Shown: positions 17,788-28,265, numbered from the whole stretch's first letter. The stretch is 62,059 nucleotides of DNA, filler included, from 4 parts of 4 records of this genome joined end to end with filler, not necessarily neighbours in it, one strand, 5' to 3'. Notes: a model not told the origin generated them from the sequence alone. Made by a program: numbers and translations.

Positions 17788-20280
17788 CTACCAACTCTTG
17801 TCTTCCGTTAGAAACGCCGTGGCATTTTCGGCGTTCATGGGTCTGGAGAACAGAAAACCCTGAGCGTAATGACAATCGAGCGCGCGCAATTGGGCAAGCT
17901 GCTCTGTTGTCTCGACGCCTTCCGCGATCACATCCAGACGTAAATTCTGTCCCAGCATCGTGATGGTGCGCACGATCTCCAGATTCTGGAAGTTGCTGGT
18001 CATGTCCTCGATAAAGGATTTGTCGATCTTCAGGGTGTCGATCGGGAAGGTATGCAGATAGGAGAGGGACGAGTAACCGGTGCCGAAATCGTCCACGCAA
18101 ATCCTGATATTCGCTGCCTTCAGCCGATCCAGCATCTCGGTCGACAGTGCGACATCCTGCATCAATGTGCTTTCGGTGATCTCGATCTTGAGCTGGGTTG
18201 TGGGCAGGCCAACGCCTTCCAGGCAATCGATGATCCCGGAAACAACTTCGGGGCGGGCGAACTGCCGGCCCGACAGGTTGACGCTGATTTCCAATTGCTC
18301 ATTTGCCGGACGCCCTGCGTTCCATATCGCCATCTGAACCCCGGCGGTGTGCAGCGCCCACTGGCTGAGGGAGAAAATCGTCCCGGTTTCTTCCGCGACG
18401 GGAATGAATTCCACGGGCGATATTTCCCCGCGCTCGGCATGGAACCAGCGGAGCAGGGCCTCGAAGCCGGCGATCTTTCCGCGCCGCATATCGATGATCG
18501 GTTGATAATAGAGCTGCATCTCGTTGCGTTCGAGGGCGCGGCGGAGATCCGAATCGAGATCGAGCGGAGTGACGGGCCAGACCCGCATATCATTCTGGAA
18601 AGCGATACTCTGGGCTTTACCGCGTTCCTTGGCCTGATACATCGCGAGTTCGGCATCGCGCAGGATGTCTTCCGGCCGCTCATAGCCTTGATCGGAATGG
18701 GCTATGCCAAGCGAGGCAGAGACGAAAATCTCTTTCCCGCCGAGACGGAACGGCGTGTCCAGCGCCTGATGCAGACCCTCGGTCAGCCGGGTGGCCTCTT
18801 CCGGGGTCTTGATATCTTCCAGCAGGATGGCGAACTCGTCTCCGCCAAGACGGGCGACGGTGTCGCTGTCGCGCAGGGTGCTCTCGAACCGCCGGGCGGT
18901 GGCAAAGATCAGATCGTCGCCATGAACATGCCCGAGACTCTCGTTGACGATCTTGAACCGGTCGAGATCGAGGAAGGCGACGGCAAAGCGGGCATTGGGA
19001 TCCTTGCGCAGACGTGCGAGTGCCCTGCGCACGAGGTCGAGGAACAGGGTTCGGTTGGCGAGTCCGGTCAGTGCATCGTGCAGGGCGTCATGCACAAGCT
19101 GCTGTTCGGCTTGTTTGCGCCCGGTGATGTCGGTCTGGCTTCCGGCTATACGGTGTGCCGAGTCATCCGGACCGCGTACAGCGAGGCCTCGGGTCAGCAT
19201 CCAGAGAAAGGTGCCATCTGCATGGCGAACCCGGAATTCGCATTCGAAATGAGGAACTTTTCCGGCCAGATGAGCATCAATCTGTGTGGTGACGCGGGCA
19301 ACATCGTCCGGATGAATACGGCTGAACCACTCTACGGGATTGTCGGAGACCTCCTCGTCGGCCAGTCCAAGCATTTCCTTCCAGCGCGGCGATAGATAAA
19401 TCCTCTCCCGCCGAAGGTCCCAGTCCCACAATCCGTCGTTGGAACCGGCCGCGGAAAGGGCATAGCGCTCTTCGCTTTCGGCCAGCCCCTGACGGGCTGT
19501 TTCGGTCAGGGTCACGTCCGTGCTGGCCATGATCACATCGCCATTGGCCATAGGCGTAAAGGAATGCTCGAGAATGCGGCCGGAGGCCAGACGGTGGTTG
19601 CTGGTCAGGGAGCGCTCCAGGCGCAGATAACCAACGACCTCTTCCAGAACAGCTTCCCGGCCGGTTTCCAGAAAATCACCCCGCGCAATCATGAAATCGA
19701 CCAACTCGGAGACCGGCGTGCCGATGCGCATCAGATGCTTGGGGAACTCGAACATTTCGACCAGTTTGGCGTTCCAGACCCTGAGCATCAGTGCCGAATC
19801 GAAAACGGCGATGGACTGATCGATGCTGTCCAGGGTGGCGCGCAGCAGCATGGTCTGGTCTTCGGCGTGCTTGCGGGCGGCCTTTTCTTCGGTGATATCC
19901 CGATGGAAACTGAGCAAGCCACCGCTGGCGGTGCGGAGCTCCGCGATTTCAATCCAGCGGTTTTTACGGTCGTGCAGCAGCACGCGGCCCCCCGGTTCCC
20001 GGTGGGCCTGCAATCGTCTCTCGCGCCATTTCTCGGGAAATTCCGAGGGCGTGTCGGTCGTCCAGCGCTGGATGATTTCCGGCTCGTTCAGCAGGCTTTC
20101 GAGCGTTCGCCCGGCAAGCGTCATGCCGCCAAGTTCAGGATAGAGCTCTAGAAACTGAGTATTCCAGGAAGTGATGCGGCCATTTTGGTCGAAATGGCAA
20201 AGGCCGACCTGAATCTCTTCCAGGGCACCGAGCAGTTCGGTCGGGTGGTTTTCCAGAGCTGCCGGCTTGGTTATGCCCAT
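17788..20280 (-). CDS. PAS-PAS-PAS/PAC-GGDEF-EAL diguanylate cyclase/phosphodiesterase
   Basis: 'HDALTGLANR', 'DLDRFK', RDSD I-site + 'GGDEF', 'EALLRW', 'DDFGTGYSS', 'AEGVET'. Confidence 0.95.
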   Translation of the reverse strand: MGITKPAALENHPTELLGALEEIQVGLCHFDQNGRITSWNTQFLELYPELGGMTLAGRTLESLLNEPEIIQRWTTDTPSEFPEKWRERRLQAHREPGGRVLLHDRKNRWIEIAELRTASGGLLSFHRDITEEKAARKHAEDQTMLLRATLDSIDQSIAVFDSALMLRVWNAKLVEMFEFPKHLMRIGTPVSELVDFMIARGDFLETGREAVLEEVVGYLRLERSLTSNHRLASGRILEHSFTPMANGDVIMASTDVTLTETARQGLAESEERYALSAAGSNDGLWDWDLRRERIYLSPRWKEMLGLADEEVSDNPVEWFSRIHPDDVARVTTQIDAHLAGKVPHFECEFRVRHADGTFLWMLTRGLAVRGPDDSAHRIAGSQTDITGRKQAEQQLVHDALHDALTGLANRTLFLDLVRRALARLRKDPNARFAVAFLDLDRFKIVNESLGHVHGDDLIFATARRFESTLRDSDTVARLGGDEFAILLEDIKTPEEATRLTEGLHQALDTPFRLGGKEIFVSASLGIAHSDQGYERPEDILRDAELAMYQAKERGKAQSIAFQNDMRVWPVTPLDLDSDLRRALERNEMQLYYQPIIDMRRGKIAGFEALLRWFHAERGEISPVEFIPVAEETGTIFSLSQWALHTAGVQMAIWNAGRPANEQLEISVNLSGRQFARPEVVSGIIDCLEGVGLPTTQLKIEITESTLMQDVALSTEMLDRLKAANIRICVDDFGTGYSSLSYLHTFPIDTLKIDKSFIEDMTSNFQNLEIVRTITMLGQNLRLDVIAEGVETTEQLAQLRALDCHYAQGFLFSRPMNAENATAFLTEDKSW

Positions 20281-20466
20281 TGCGTCACTTTACGTCCCAT
20301 GCCGCGCAATTCCGGTTACCGCTGGATATCAGAAGCATGGTGGATTGTGTCATTCTGACTCTCCATTCCGCAGTTTCGAGATGCCCGCCTGACCGGTGTA
20401 AGCGGAAGGGAGATCGGTTTTTCGAGCTTTGCGAGCCCTAGTTTCATATCAATTTCCCGAAAGATA

Positions 20467-21144
20467 TCAGGGTGATGCCTCGTCTGTCACGGGAAACACT
20501 CCAATTCCGGAGGTTTTACCGCCAAATTTCAGCATCCGATAGTACTGCCAGAGCAATTGTGCCGCCGCACCGCGATATGGCCGCCAGGGCTCGGCTATAG
20601 GATGTGTGTCTTTTTCCCGTGGCCGGGCGTCCAGTTTTTTCAGGGCACGCACAGCCTCCTGAATGGCGAGGTCGCCGCCGGGCCAGACATCCAGCCTGCC
20701 AAGACAGAACAGAAGATAGATGTCCGAGGTCCAGCGCCCGATGCCCGGGACCTGTGTCAGAGCCTTGAAAACGGCGTCGTCATCCAGATTTTGGAGGCTT
20801 TCAAGATCGAGCCGTCCGTCCAGCACGTATTCGGCAAGGGCGCGGGCATAGCGGACCTTCGGGCGGCTGAAACCGGCCTGCTTGAAATCCTCGTCTGTCG
20901 CGGTGGCAATGGCGGCGGGGGTGACGTCGAGCTGCTGGTTGAGCCGTGTCCATATGGCGCTTGCGGAAGCCAGAGAGACCTGCTGGGCCGTGAGGATACG
21001 GATCAGGGAGGCGAATCCGGGCGGCTCGCGCCTTGACTGTGGCGGTCCGAGCTTTTCGTAAAGCGCCCCGATATCGGGGTCGCGCCGGGTCAATTCGATC
21101 ACGGCCTCGTGGAGAGCGCTGTTCTGGCTGCTTGTGCCTGTCAT
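20467..21144 (-). CDS. DNA-3-methyladenine glycosylase II (AlkA family)
   Basis: 'QQVSLASA', HhH 'LTQVPGIGRWT', 'DVWPGGD', 'WRPYR'. Confidence 0.88.
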   Translation of the reverse strand: MTGTSSQNSALHEAVIELTRRDPDIGALYEKLGPPQSRREPPGFASLIRILTAQQVSLASASAIWTRLNQQLDVTPAAIATATDEDFKQAGFSRPKVRYARALAEYVLDGRLDLESLQNLDDDAVFKALTQVPGIGRWTSDIYLLFCLGRLDVWPGGDLAIQEAVRALKKLDARPREKDTHPIAEPWRPYRGAAAQLLWQYYRMLKFGGKTSGIGVFPVTDEASP

Positions 21145-21219
21145 GGCCGCCCTTTGTTGTGCCATTGCAATGTCGTGAGCATAGTTCCGGCTTGATGGTT
21201 TGATAAGGGAGCTACGGCC

Positions 21220-21651
21220 ATGTTGCATGTGGATCGGCAGGCACAGGAAATTCTGACGGTTCGTACGGCGGGACACGGCTTCTATGATCTGACGCGGGAT
21301 GCTTCCTCCTGGGTGAACGGGACGGGCATATCCACGGGATTGCTGACTTTCTTCGTCCGTCACACTTCGGCTTCCCTGACGATCCAGGAAAATGCTGACC
21401 CGGATGTTCGCGCCGATCTGGCGGATTATCTTGCCGGGATCGCACCGGAAGACCCGGGCCGTTACCGGCACGGGATCGAGGGGGCGGACGATATGCCCGC
21501 ACATATCCGCACCATGCTGACCCAGACATCGATACCGGTCCCGGTGGCGGATGGCCGGATGCTGCTCGGCACCTGGCAGGCGGTCTATCTTCTGGAACAT
21601 CGCCGTGCGCCCCATCGCCGGGAGGTGGTTCTGCATCTGCTGGGAAGCTGA
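21220..21651 (+). CDS. yjbQ: YjbQ/UPF0047 family (secondary thiamine-phosphate synthase)
   Basis: 'HTSASLTIQENADPDV', 'EGADDMPAH', 'LGTWQAVYL.EHR'. Confidence 0.9.
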   Translation: MLHVDRQAQEILTVRTAGHGFYDLTRDASSWVNGTGISTGLLTFFVRHTSASLTIQENADPDVRADLADYLAGIAPEDPGRYRHGIEGADDMPAHIRTMLTQTSIPVPVADGRMLLGTWQAVYLLEHRRAPHRREVVLHLLGS

Positions 21652-21672
21652 GCAGGCCGTATCAGTTCATGC

Positions 21673-21703
21673 TTGACCTTCCAGCGACTAGAACCTTTAT
21701 GCA
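21673..21703 (+). promoter_or_regulatory. CueR (MerR-type) promoter/operator of copA
   Basis: -35 TTGACC, 19-bp spacer, -10 TATGCA; dyad ACCTTCC-N7-AGAACCT resembling the CueR box ACCTTCC-N7-GGAAGGT. Confidence 0.82.
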
Positions 21704-21753
21704 GAGATATCAGCCCGGATATCCCGGCTGAAGAAGCATCCGACGGAGCTATC

Positions 21754-24021
21754 ATGTCCTGCCACGCACCAGAAAAAACCGAGGCGCCGAAATCCTGCTG
21801 TCACAGCGCGGTAGAGAAACCCGCGAGCGCATGTTGCGGGCATGGTCACGGTGACGGCGGTGGCGCCAGCTCGGGCAAGGCTGTGATGACGGGGAAACCC
21901 GAAGGCGCCGGTCCGGGATATATCTGTCCGATGTGTCCGAGCGTCTGGAGCCCGGAGCCGGATAATTGCCCGATGTGCGGTATGGCGCTCGAGCCAGAGA
22001 TGATCACCCGCGATACGCCGCCCAACCCGGAATATCTCGACATGCGGCGCCGGTTCTGGATCGGAGCCGTTCTGACATTGCCGGTTTTCGTGCTGTCCAT
22101 GGGGGAAATGCTGCCGGGGCTGGCGGATCTGGTCTCCGGCCCGTGGAATGCCTGGGTGCAGGCCGTTCTGGCAACGCCGGTGGTGCTTTGGGCCGGTTTT
22201 CCGTTTTTCCAGCGTGGCTGGACATCGCTGCGCACCGGCCATTTCAACATGTTCACATTGATCGCGATCGGCACCGGGGCGGCGTATCTCTACAGTCTCG
22301 CCGGGTTATTGCTGCCGGACCTGTTTCCTGAAGGCTTCCGGGGGGCAGATGGCCGCGTCGGCCTGTATTTCGAATCCGCGGCCGTCATCATTTGTCTGGT
22401 CGCGCTCGGTCAGGTTCTGGAACTCGGCGCGCGCGAGAAGACATCGGATGCCCTGAAGGCGCTGCTCAGTCTGGCGCCGGAGACGGCCCGCCGTTTGACG
22501 GAGGGCGGTGACGACGAGGAAGTTGCCGTCGACGATATTCGCGCGGGCGACCGTATCCGCATTCGCGCGGGAGAGCGCATCCCGGTCGATGGCCGTCTGG
22601 TTGAAGGCAGCGGCGCTGTCGATGAATCCATGCTGACGGGTGAGCCTCTGCCGGTGGACAAGAGTGCGGGCGACAGTTTGGTCGGCGGAACGCTGAATGG
22701 GCGGTCGACGCTGGTCATGGAAGTTGAAAAGGTCGGCCAGGACACGGTGCTGTCCCGTGTTGTCGCCATGGTCGCGGATGCGCAGCGCAGCCGGGCGCCG
22801 GTCCAGAAAATCGCCGATGCCGTTGCCGGATATTTCGTGCCCGCGGTTCTGGTCTCCGCCGTCGCAGCTTTTGCAATCTGGGCCTTTTTCGGCCCGGAGC
22901 CGGCTCTGGCACATGGTGTCGTTGCCGCCGTCTCCGTGCTGATCATTGCCTGCCCCTGTGCTCTGGGGCTGGCAACGCCGATGTCGATCATGGTCGGTGC
23001 CGGGCGCGGTGCATCGGCCGGAATTCTGATCCGGGACGCCGAAGCCATCGAAGGGTTTGAGAAGATCGACACGCTGGTGGTCGACAAGACCGGCACCCTG
23101 ACCGAAGGGCATCCGGAAGTCACGGATATCTCCGTTGCCGGGGGGCAGGAGGAGAGCCGTGTTCTCGGGCTTGCCGCCGCTCTGGAGCGCAGCAGCGAAC
23201 ATCCGCTGGCTGCCGCCGTTCTGCGCGCGGCGAGGGAGCGTGAGCTTTCCGTACAGCATGCGAGCGATGTCGAAACGGAAGCCGGACTTGGCTTACGCGG
23301 ACAGGTCGACGGCAAGCAGATCGCCGCCGGGTCCGCGCGGTTCATGGAGACGTTGAAGGTCGACATATCCGCACTGACGGATGTTGCGGCGTCCTATTCC
23401 GAAGGTGGGGCGACGTTGCTGTATGTCGCCCATGACGGTGCGGCCATCGGCCTGCTGGCCGTGCGGGACCGGATCAAGGACGGTGCGGCCGAGGCCGTGG
23501 CCGATCTTGCCCGGGACGGTATTCGCGTCGTCATGGCGTCGGGCGATAACCCGAAGGCCGCCGCCGCCATCGGCGCGGAGCTGGGGATCACCGAAGTGCA
23601 TGGCGGGCTGATGCCTGCCGACAAGGCCGATCTGGTCCGCGACTTGAAAGCGGAAGGGCGGATTGTTGCGATGGCCGGAGACGGTATCAACGATGCGCCG
23701 GCACTGGCGCTGGCCGATATCGGTATCGCCATGGGCAATGGCACGGATATCGCTAAGGAAAGCGCTGCCGTGACACTGGTAAAAGGGGACGTGCGCGGAT
23801 TGGTGAAGGCCCGGCGCCTGAGCCGGGCGACCATGCGCAATATCCGCCAGAACCTGTTCTTCGCCTTTGTCTATAATGCGCTTGGCGTGCCCGTGGCGGC
23901 GGGGCTGCTCTATCCGCTGTTCGGACTGACCTTGAGTCCGATGCTGGCGGCGGCGGCGATGAGCCTCAGCTCCGTCTCCGTGATCAGCAATGCCCTGCGG
24001 CTCCGGTCGGCGAAACTCTGA
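21754..24021 (+). CDS. copA: Copper-translocating P1B-type ATPase
   Basis: Cys/His-rich N-terminus, '[16 protein letters not shown]', TGE, CPC, DKTGT, HP, GDGIND, YN and MxxSS motifs; GGAG RBS before ATG 21754. Confidence 0.95.
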   Translation: MSCHAPEKTEAPKSCCHSAVEKPASACCGHGHGDGGGASSGKAVMTGKPEGAGPGYICPMCPSVWSPEPDNCPMCGMALEPEMITRDTPPNPEYLDMRRRFWIGAVLTLPVFVLSMGEMLPGLADLVSGPWNAWVQAVLATPVVLWAGFPFFQRGWTSLRTGHFNMFTLIAIGTGAAYLYSLAGLLLPDLFPEGFRGADGRVGLYFESAAVIICLVALGQVLELGAREKTSDALKALLSLAPETARRLTEGGDDEEVAVDDIRAGDRIRIRAGERIPVDGRLVEGSGAVDESMLTGEPLPVDKSAGDSLVGGTLNGRSTLVMEVEKVGQDTVLSRVVAMVADAQRSRAPVQKIADAVAGYFVPAVLVSAVAAFAIWAFFGPEPALAHGVVAAVSVLIIACPCALGLATPMSIMVGAGRGASAGILIRDAEAIEGFEKIDTLVVDKTGTLTEGHPEVTDISVAGGQEESRVLGLAAALERSSEHPLAAAVLRAARERELSVQHASDVETEAGLGLRGQVDGKQIAAGSARFMETLKVDISALTDVAASYSEGGATLLYVAHDGAAIGLLAVRDRIKDGAAEAVADLARDGIRVVMASGDNPKAAAAIGAELGITEVHGGLMPADKADLVRDLKAEGRIVAMAGDGINDAPALALADIGIAMGNGTDIAKESAAVTLVKGDVRGLVKARRLSRATMRNIRQNLFFAFVYNALGVPVAAGLLYPLFGLTLSPMLAAAAMSLSSVSVISNALRLRSAKL

Positions 24022-24032
24022 GGAGGCAGATC

Positions 24033-24431
24033 ATGCAGATCAGGGAAGTTGAACAGAGCGCGGGGCTTCCGGCCAAGACCATCCGCTATTACGAGGAGAT
24101 CGGTCTGGTCCGGCCGAACCGGCAGGATAATGGCTACCGGATCTATTCCACGGAAGATGTGCATCGGCTCCGCTTTCTGCAGCGGGCGCGGGGGCTTGGC
24201 TTCTCCATCGAGGACTGCCGGGCGCTGCTTTCGCTTTATGACGAGACGGGCCGGGAGAGTGCGGATGTCCGGGCCATTGCCGAAGCGCATCTGGACGAGA
24301 TCGATCGCAAGATCCGGGAGCTGAAAGGCATGCGCCAGACTTTGGCGCACCTGGTCCATGCCTGTCATGGGGACGAGCGGCCCGATTGCCCGATTCTCGA
24401 CGATCTCGCTGGCATCGGGGATGGCCCGTGA
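24033..24431 (+). CDS. cueR: Cu(I)-responsive MerR-family regulator
   Basis: 'IRYYEEIGL', 'NGYRIY', 'ARGLGFSIE', metal loop 'CHGDERPDCPIL'. Confidence 0.93.
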   Translation: MQIREVEQSAGLPAKTIRYYEEIGLVRPNRQDNGYRIYSTEDVHRLRFLQRARGLGFSIEDCRALLSLYDETGRESADVRAIAEAHLDEIDRKIRELKGMRQTLAHLVHACHGDERPDCPILDDLAGIGDGP

Positions 24432-24946
24432 ACTGGCGCTTTCTGGTCTCCGGCGTCGCGGTCCTGATCCTGCTTGGCCTGGCAGGGTATTCAAGGATGC
24501 TGGACCCGGAGCGCCCGTCGGTGATCGCCAAGATCGTTCCGGGCGCGGCTGAAGCCGGTAAGAGCTCTACGATCAGGCTGCGGCCCGGAGATACCGGATT
24601 GGTCGCGGACGGACGCGAAATCTATGCAACGGCCTGCGCGACCTGTCACGGCGCGAACCTCGAAGGGCAGGCGAACTGGAAACAGCGCAAGCCCGATGGC
24701 CGTCTGCCTGCCCCGCCGCATGACCCATCGGGCCATACCTGGCATCACCCCGATGGCCAGCTTTTCGCCCTGACGAAACTGGGCCCGGCCCGGATTGTCG
24801 GTGACGGTTACGAAAGCGACATGCCCGGTTACGAGGGAGTGCTCAGCGACCGGGAAATCATCGCCGTACTGTCCTTCATCAAGAGTACATGGCCTGCCGA
24901 TATCCGGGCGAGGCATGATGGCATCAACCGTCAGGCCAGCCAGTAG
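24428..24946 (+). CDS. Membrane-anchored/periplasmic c-type cytochrome
   Basis: GTGA overlap with cueR, N-terminal hydrophobic helix, CATCH heme motif, 'PAPPHDPSGHTWHHPD', distal 'MPGY'. Confidence 0.88.
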   Translation: MNWRFLVSGVAVLILLGLAGYSRMLDPERPSVIAKIVPGAAEAGKSSTIRLRPGDTGLVADGREIYATACATCHGANLEGQANWKQRKPDGRLPAPPHDPSGHTWHHPDGQLFALTKLGPARIVGDGYESDMPGYEGVLSDREIIAVLSFIKSTWPADIRARHDGINRQASQ

Positions 24947-24975
24947 TGGGCCCAGCGGCAGTAAAAGGAATTGCT

Positions 24976-25001
24976 AAATGTAAAACGATCGTTTTACATT
25001 T
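24976..25001. promoter_or_regulatory. TetR operator (perfect 26-bp palindrome)
   Basis: AAATGTAAAACGATCGTTTTACATTT, ending 6 nt before the TetR ATG. Confidence 0.82.
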
Positions 25002-25007
25002 GGTGAC

Positions 25008-25550
25008 ATGGACAAACACGACATCATTCTCTCCACTGCCGAGCAGTTGTTCGCCCGGGAAGGGTTTCGGGCAACCGGGGTCGACCGTTTGCTGGAACCC
25101 GCCGGAGCCTCGACCCGCACCCTCTACAAGCATTTCGGCTCCAAGAACGGTCTAGCCCTGGCCATTCTGAAACGTCGGGATAACCGCTTCTTTGCCGCAA
25201 TGAATGCCGGTGTTGACGGAGCTGATCCGGTCACGGGCATTTTTGATGTCTTGCTGGACTGGGTGCGCGACGAGGAGGGCACGGGATGCCCGTTCCTGCG
25301 CGCGCTCGGTGAATACCTCTCCGAAGATCCGGAAATTGCAGCCTTTGCTCAGATCCACAAACAGCGTATGCGCGTGCTGATCGCCGAACGGGTCGCGATG
25401 GCCGTTGGAGCTCCCGATCCGCGCCTGGCGGACCAGATTTGGCTGCTCTTCGAAGGGGCAACAGCGGCTGTGGCCGTCGCGGGCAGTACAATGGTCGAGG
25501 CGGCTCGGGATGCGGCAAGGATATTGGTCTCGGCGACCCCGAAGGGATGA
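25008..25550 (+). CDS. TetR/AcrR-family regulator
   Basis: 'AEQLFAREGFRATGVD', 'TLYKHFGSK', 'GCPF'. Confidence 0.92.
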   Translation: MDKHDIILSTAEQLFAREGFRATGVDRLLEPAGASTRTLYKHFGSKNGLALAILKRRDNRFFAAMNAGVDGADPVTGIFDVLLDWVRDEEGTGCPFLRALGEYLSEDPEIAAFAQIHKQRMRVLIAERVAMAVGAPDPRLADQIWLLFEGATAAVAVAGSTMVEAARDAARILVSATPKG

Positions 25551-26695
25551 AACCCTCTGGAACGATATCCTTCATTGCTGCCGGGTTTGCCCTGATTGCT
25601 GTGTCCTATGGTCTGGCACGTTTTGCTTACGGATTGTTTCTTACCGCTATCACAGCCGATCTCGGTCTGAGCCGGGCCGGGGCGGGACTGATCAGCTCTG
25701 CTGCCTTCGCTGCCTATTGCCTGGCAATTGCCTTCGCGGCTCTGGTGAGCAGCAGGTTGGGTCCACGCCGGACCGTGCTGATTGCAGGCCTTGTTGCCAT
25801 GACAGGCATGGCGGGGATTGCATGGTCCGATGGGGCAGGGCAGTTGGCTGCTTCTGTTTTCCTCGCCGGGGTGAGCACGGGGTTGGCCTCGCCGCCGTTG
25901 GCTCTGGCTGTATCGCAAAGCATTTCCTTGGCCCGGCAGGGAGCGGCAAACACTCTGATCAACAGCGGCACCAGTGCGGGCGTGATCCTTTCCGGGCCGG
26001 TGGCACTCGGGTTCGCCGAGGCCTGGCGCGAGGCTTACGCGGTGTTTGCGCTGATTGCGCTCGGAGTGACGGTCTGGCTTGGCTATGCGATGCGTAATAT
26101 GGCCGGTGGAGCGAATGCGGTGTGTGACACAGATAGAGCCACTTCTCTTGTCCGGTTTCCCGCCGCTTTGCGAGCGGTTCTTCTGGCTGCCTTCATCATG
26201 GGGGTGAGCAGCACGGCATTCTGGACCTTTGGGGGAGTGTTGTTACATGAGCTTGCCGGATTGAACGAAGGGATGATTGCCAGGTCCTGGATCGTGATTG
26301 GCGTGGCGGGATTCGCCGGTGCGGCTGCGGGGCCTCTGATCAAGCGGTTCGGCCTCAACCCTGTGCACAGGGTTTCACTTGCCGCACTGGCGCTTGCATT
26401 GCTTCTGCTACTCTTTTCCGGCGTCTCCGATGGTCTGCCCTTTGCTGCCGCCGCCTTGTTCGGTGCGGCCTATATCATGCTCACCGGTGTCATTCTGGTC
26501 TGGGGGGTGGAAGTAGTTCCGGACCGGCCCGCATTCGGTCTGGGGGCCGGGTTCCTGGCGATTGCGGCTGGTCAGGTTGCCGGAGCGCCTCTCTTCGGGG
26601 CGCTCTATGACTGGAGGGGTGGGGAATTCGCCTTGCTCTCTTTTGCCGGTCTGGTCTGCTTGGCCATGTGCGTGCAGGCGAAATCCCCGCCCTGA
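25547..26695 (+). CDS. MFS transporter (YbfB/YjiJ-like)
   Basis: ATGA overlap with TetR; 'YGLARFAYG', about 12 TM helices, 'RLGPR' loop. Confidence 0.85.
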   Translation: MKPSGTISFIAAGFALIAVSYGLARFAYGLFLTAITADLGLSRAGAGLISSAAFAAYCLAIAFAALVSSRLGPRRTVLIAGLVAMTGMAGIAWSDGAGQLAASVFLAGVSTGLASPPLALAVSQSISLARQGAANTLINSGTSAGVILSGPVALGFAEAWREAYAVFALIALGVTVWLGYAMRNMAGGANAVCDTDRATSLVRFPAALRAVLLAAFIMGVSSTAFWTFGGVLLHELAGLNEGMIARSWIVIGVAGFAGAAAGPLIKRFGLNPVHRVSLAALALALLLLLFSGVSDGLPFAAAALFGAAYIMLTGVILVWGVEVVPDRPAFGLGAGFLAIAAGQVAGAPLFGALYDWRGGEFALLSFAGLVCLAMCVQAKSPP

Positions 26696-26697
26696 TA

Positions 26698-27846
26698 TCA
26701 GGATGAAGCCTGAGCCCGTTGACCCTGGGCTCGTTTGTCCAGCCACCATGCATATTGCGGTGGCCAGGTTTTGAAATCGGGATTCAGTCCGAAGGTATCC
26801 GCGGCATGGCGTGGCCAGAACGGGTCGTAGAGTGCTTCGCGGCCAATCGCGATCAGGTCCGCGTCTCCGGCTTGCAGGATGCTCTCGGCATGGTGCGGAT
26901 CGGTGATCAGGCCGACAGCCTGGGTCATCATATCCACCTCACGCCGGATCTCGGCGGCGTAGGGCACCTGATAGCCCGGCTCCCGGACCAGTTTGAAGTT
27001 GGTTGCGCCTTTCGGGGACTGGCCGCCGGAAGAGCAGTCGATCACATCCACACCGCGCGCCTTGAGTTCGCGGGCGAAAGTCAGACTGTCCTCCATCTCC
27101 CAGCCACCTTCGATGGCATCGACGGCGGAGATGCGGACAAAGAGCGGCAGATTGTCCGGCAGTGCGGCCCGGACATCCTCGGCGATCTCCAGCGACAGCC
27201 GCATCCGGCCTTCAAGATCGCCGCCATAGGAATCATTTCGAAAATTGCCGAGCGGGGAGAGGAAGGTCTGCAGCAGGTAGCCATGCGCGCAGTGGATCTC
27301 GACAGACTCGAAACCGGCATCGACCGAACGTTTGGTTGCATCCGAGAAAGCACCGCGCAGGCGTTTCATATCATCGAGATCAAGCTCGCGAGGTGTCAGC
27401 CAGCCGTCGGCCAGTGGTACCGCACTCGGTGCTTCTGGCTGCCATGGTATATCGCCTCCCGCGATATCCTCGGGGGTGAGGCGGCCATTGCCCTTCCAGG
27501 GACGCTGCATGCTGCCCTTGCGGCCGGAATGGCCGATCTGGATCGCCGGGACACTGCCTTCCGATTTCAGGAAAGCGGCGATCGGCGCCAGCTTTTTCGC
27601 CTGCTCGTCGGTCCAGATGCCGAGATCGCCGTGGGTGATACGGCCGTCGCGGCTCACCGCGGTGACTTCCAGGATGACCATGCCGGCACCGCCGATGGCG
27701 AACTTGCCAAGATGGGCCATGTGGAAATCCGTGGCGAAACCCTCTTCGGCGGAATACATGCACATGGGCGGGATCACAATGCGGTTCGGCAGGGTGATGC
27801 CCCGGAGCTGGATCGGCTGGAATAGCAACGGTGTGGGTGAAGTCAT
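26698..27846 (-). CDS. NADH:flavin oxidoreductase (Old Yellow Enzyme, YqjM/NamA-like)
   Basis: 'NRIVIPPMCMYS', 'IQIGHSGRK', 'EIHCAHGYLL', 'GYQVPYA', 'P.QY'. Confidence 0.92.
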   Translation of the reverse strand: MTSPTPLLFQPIQLRGITLPNRIVIPPMCMYSAEEGFATDFHMAHLGKFAIGGAGMVILEVTAVSRDGRITHGDLGIWTDEQAKKLAPIAAFLKSEGSVPAIQIGHSGRKGSMQRPWKGNGRLTPEDIAGGDIPWQPEAPSAVPLADGWLTPRELDLDDMKRLRGAFSDATKRSVDAGFESVEIHCAHGYLLQTFLSPLGNFRNDSYGGDLEGRMRLSLEIAEDVRAALPDNLPLFVRISAVDAIEGGWEMEDSLTFARELKARGVDVIDCSSGGQSPKGATNFKLVREPGYQVPYAAEIRREVDMMTQAVGLITDPHHAESILQAGDADLIAIGREALYDPFWPRHAADTFGLNPDFKTWPPQYAWWLDKRAQGQRAQASS

Positions 27847-28023
27847 TCGGTCCTCCCTTTTCGGAAAAGGATAACCGAAACGGACCTTAATCGCGCAAGA
27901 CTGGTAGGTTCTCCGGAGGTAAGTCTTAAGCGCCTGTTCGGCACTTGACAGCGGCGCCGGGCGCGCCATCGTGTGAGCTGTTCCATTTCCAGAGATTTCT
28001 TCCCGCCCGCAAGGAGCCACTTC

Positions 28024-28265
28024 ATGCCTATCGTCAATCGTATCGCCGATTTTCACGCCGAACTGACCGGCTGGCGACGCCATATTCACGCCAATCCGGA
28101 GCTTGGTTTCGAGGAGTTCGAGACTTCCGATTTCGTGGCGGAGCGGCTGACGGAGATGGGGCTTGAGGTACATCGGGGGCTCGGCGGTACCGGTGTGGTG
28201 GCATCCATCAAGGGCAATGGCGGCGATGGTCCGGCCATCGGCCTGCGCGCCGATATGGATGCGCT
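28024..28265 (+). CDS. M20 amidohydrolase (hippurate hydrolase-like), N-terminal fragment truncated by contig end
   Basis: 'WRRHIHANPELGFEE', 'TGVV', 'LRADMDAL'. Confidence 0.88.

Noticed and set aside
21673-21753. N-terminal extensions from the ORF track (copA TTG 21673; also 7873, 11260, 21636, 28173, 31563)
   Set aside because: They overlap promoter elements or neighbouring genes; downstream ATGs with RBS match family N-termini.
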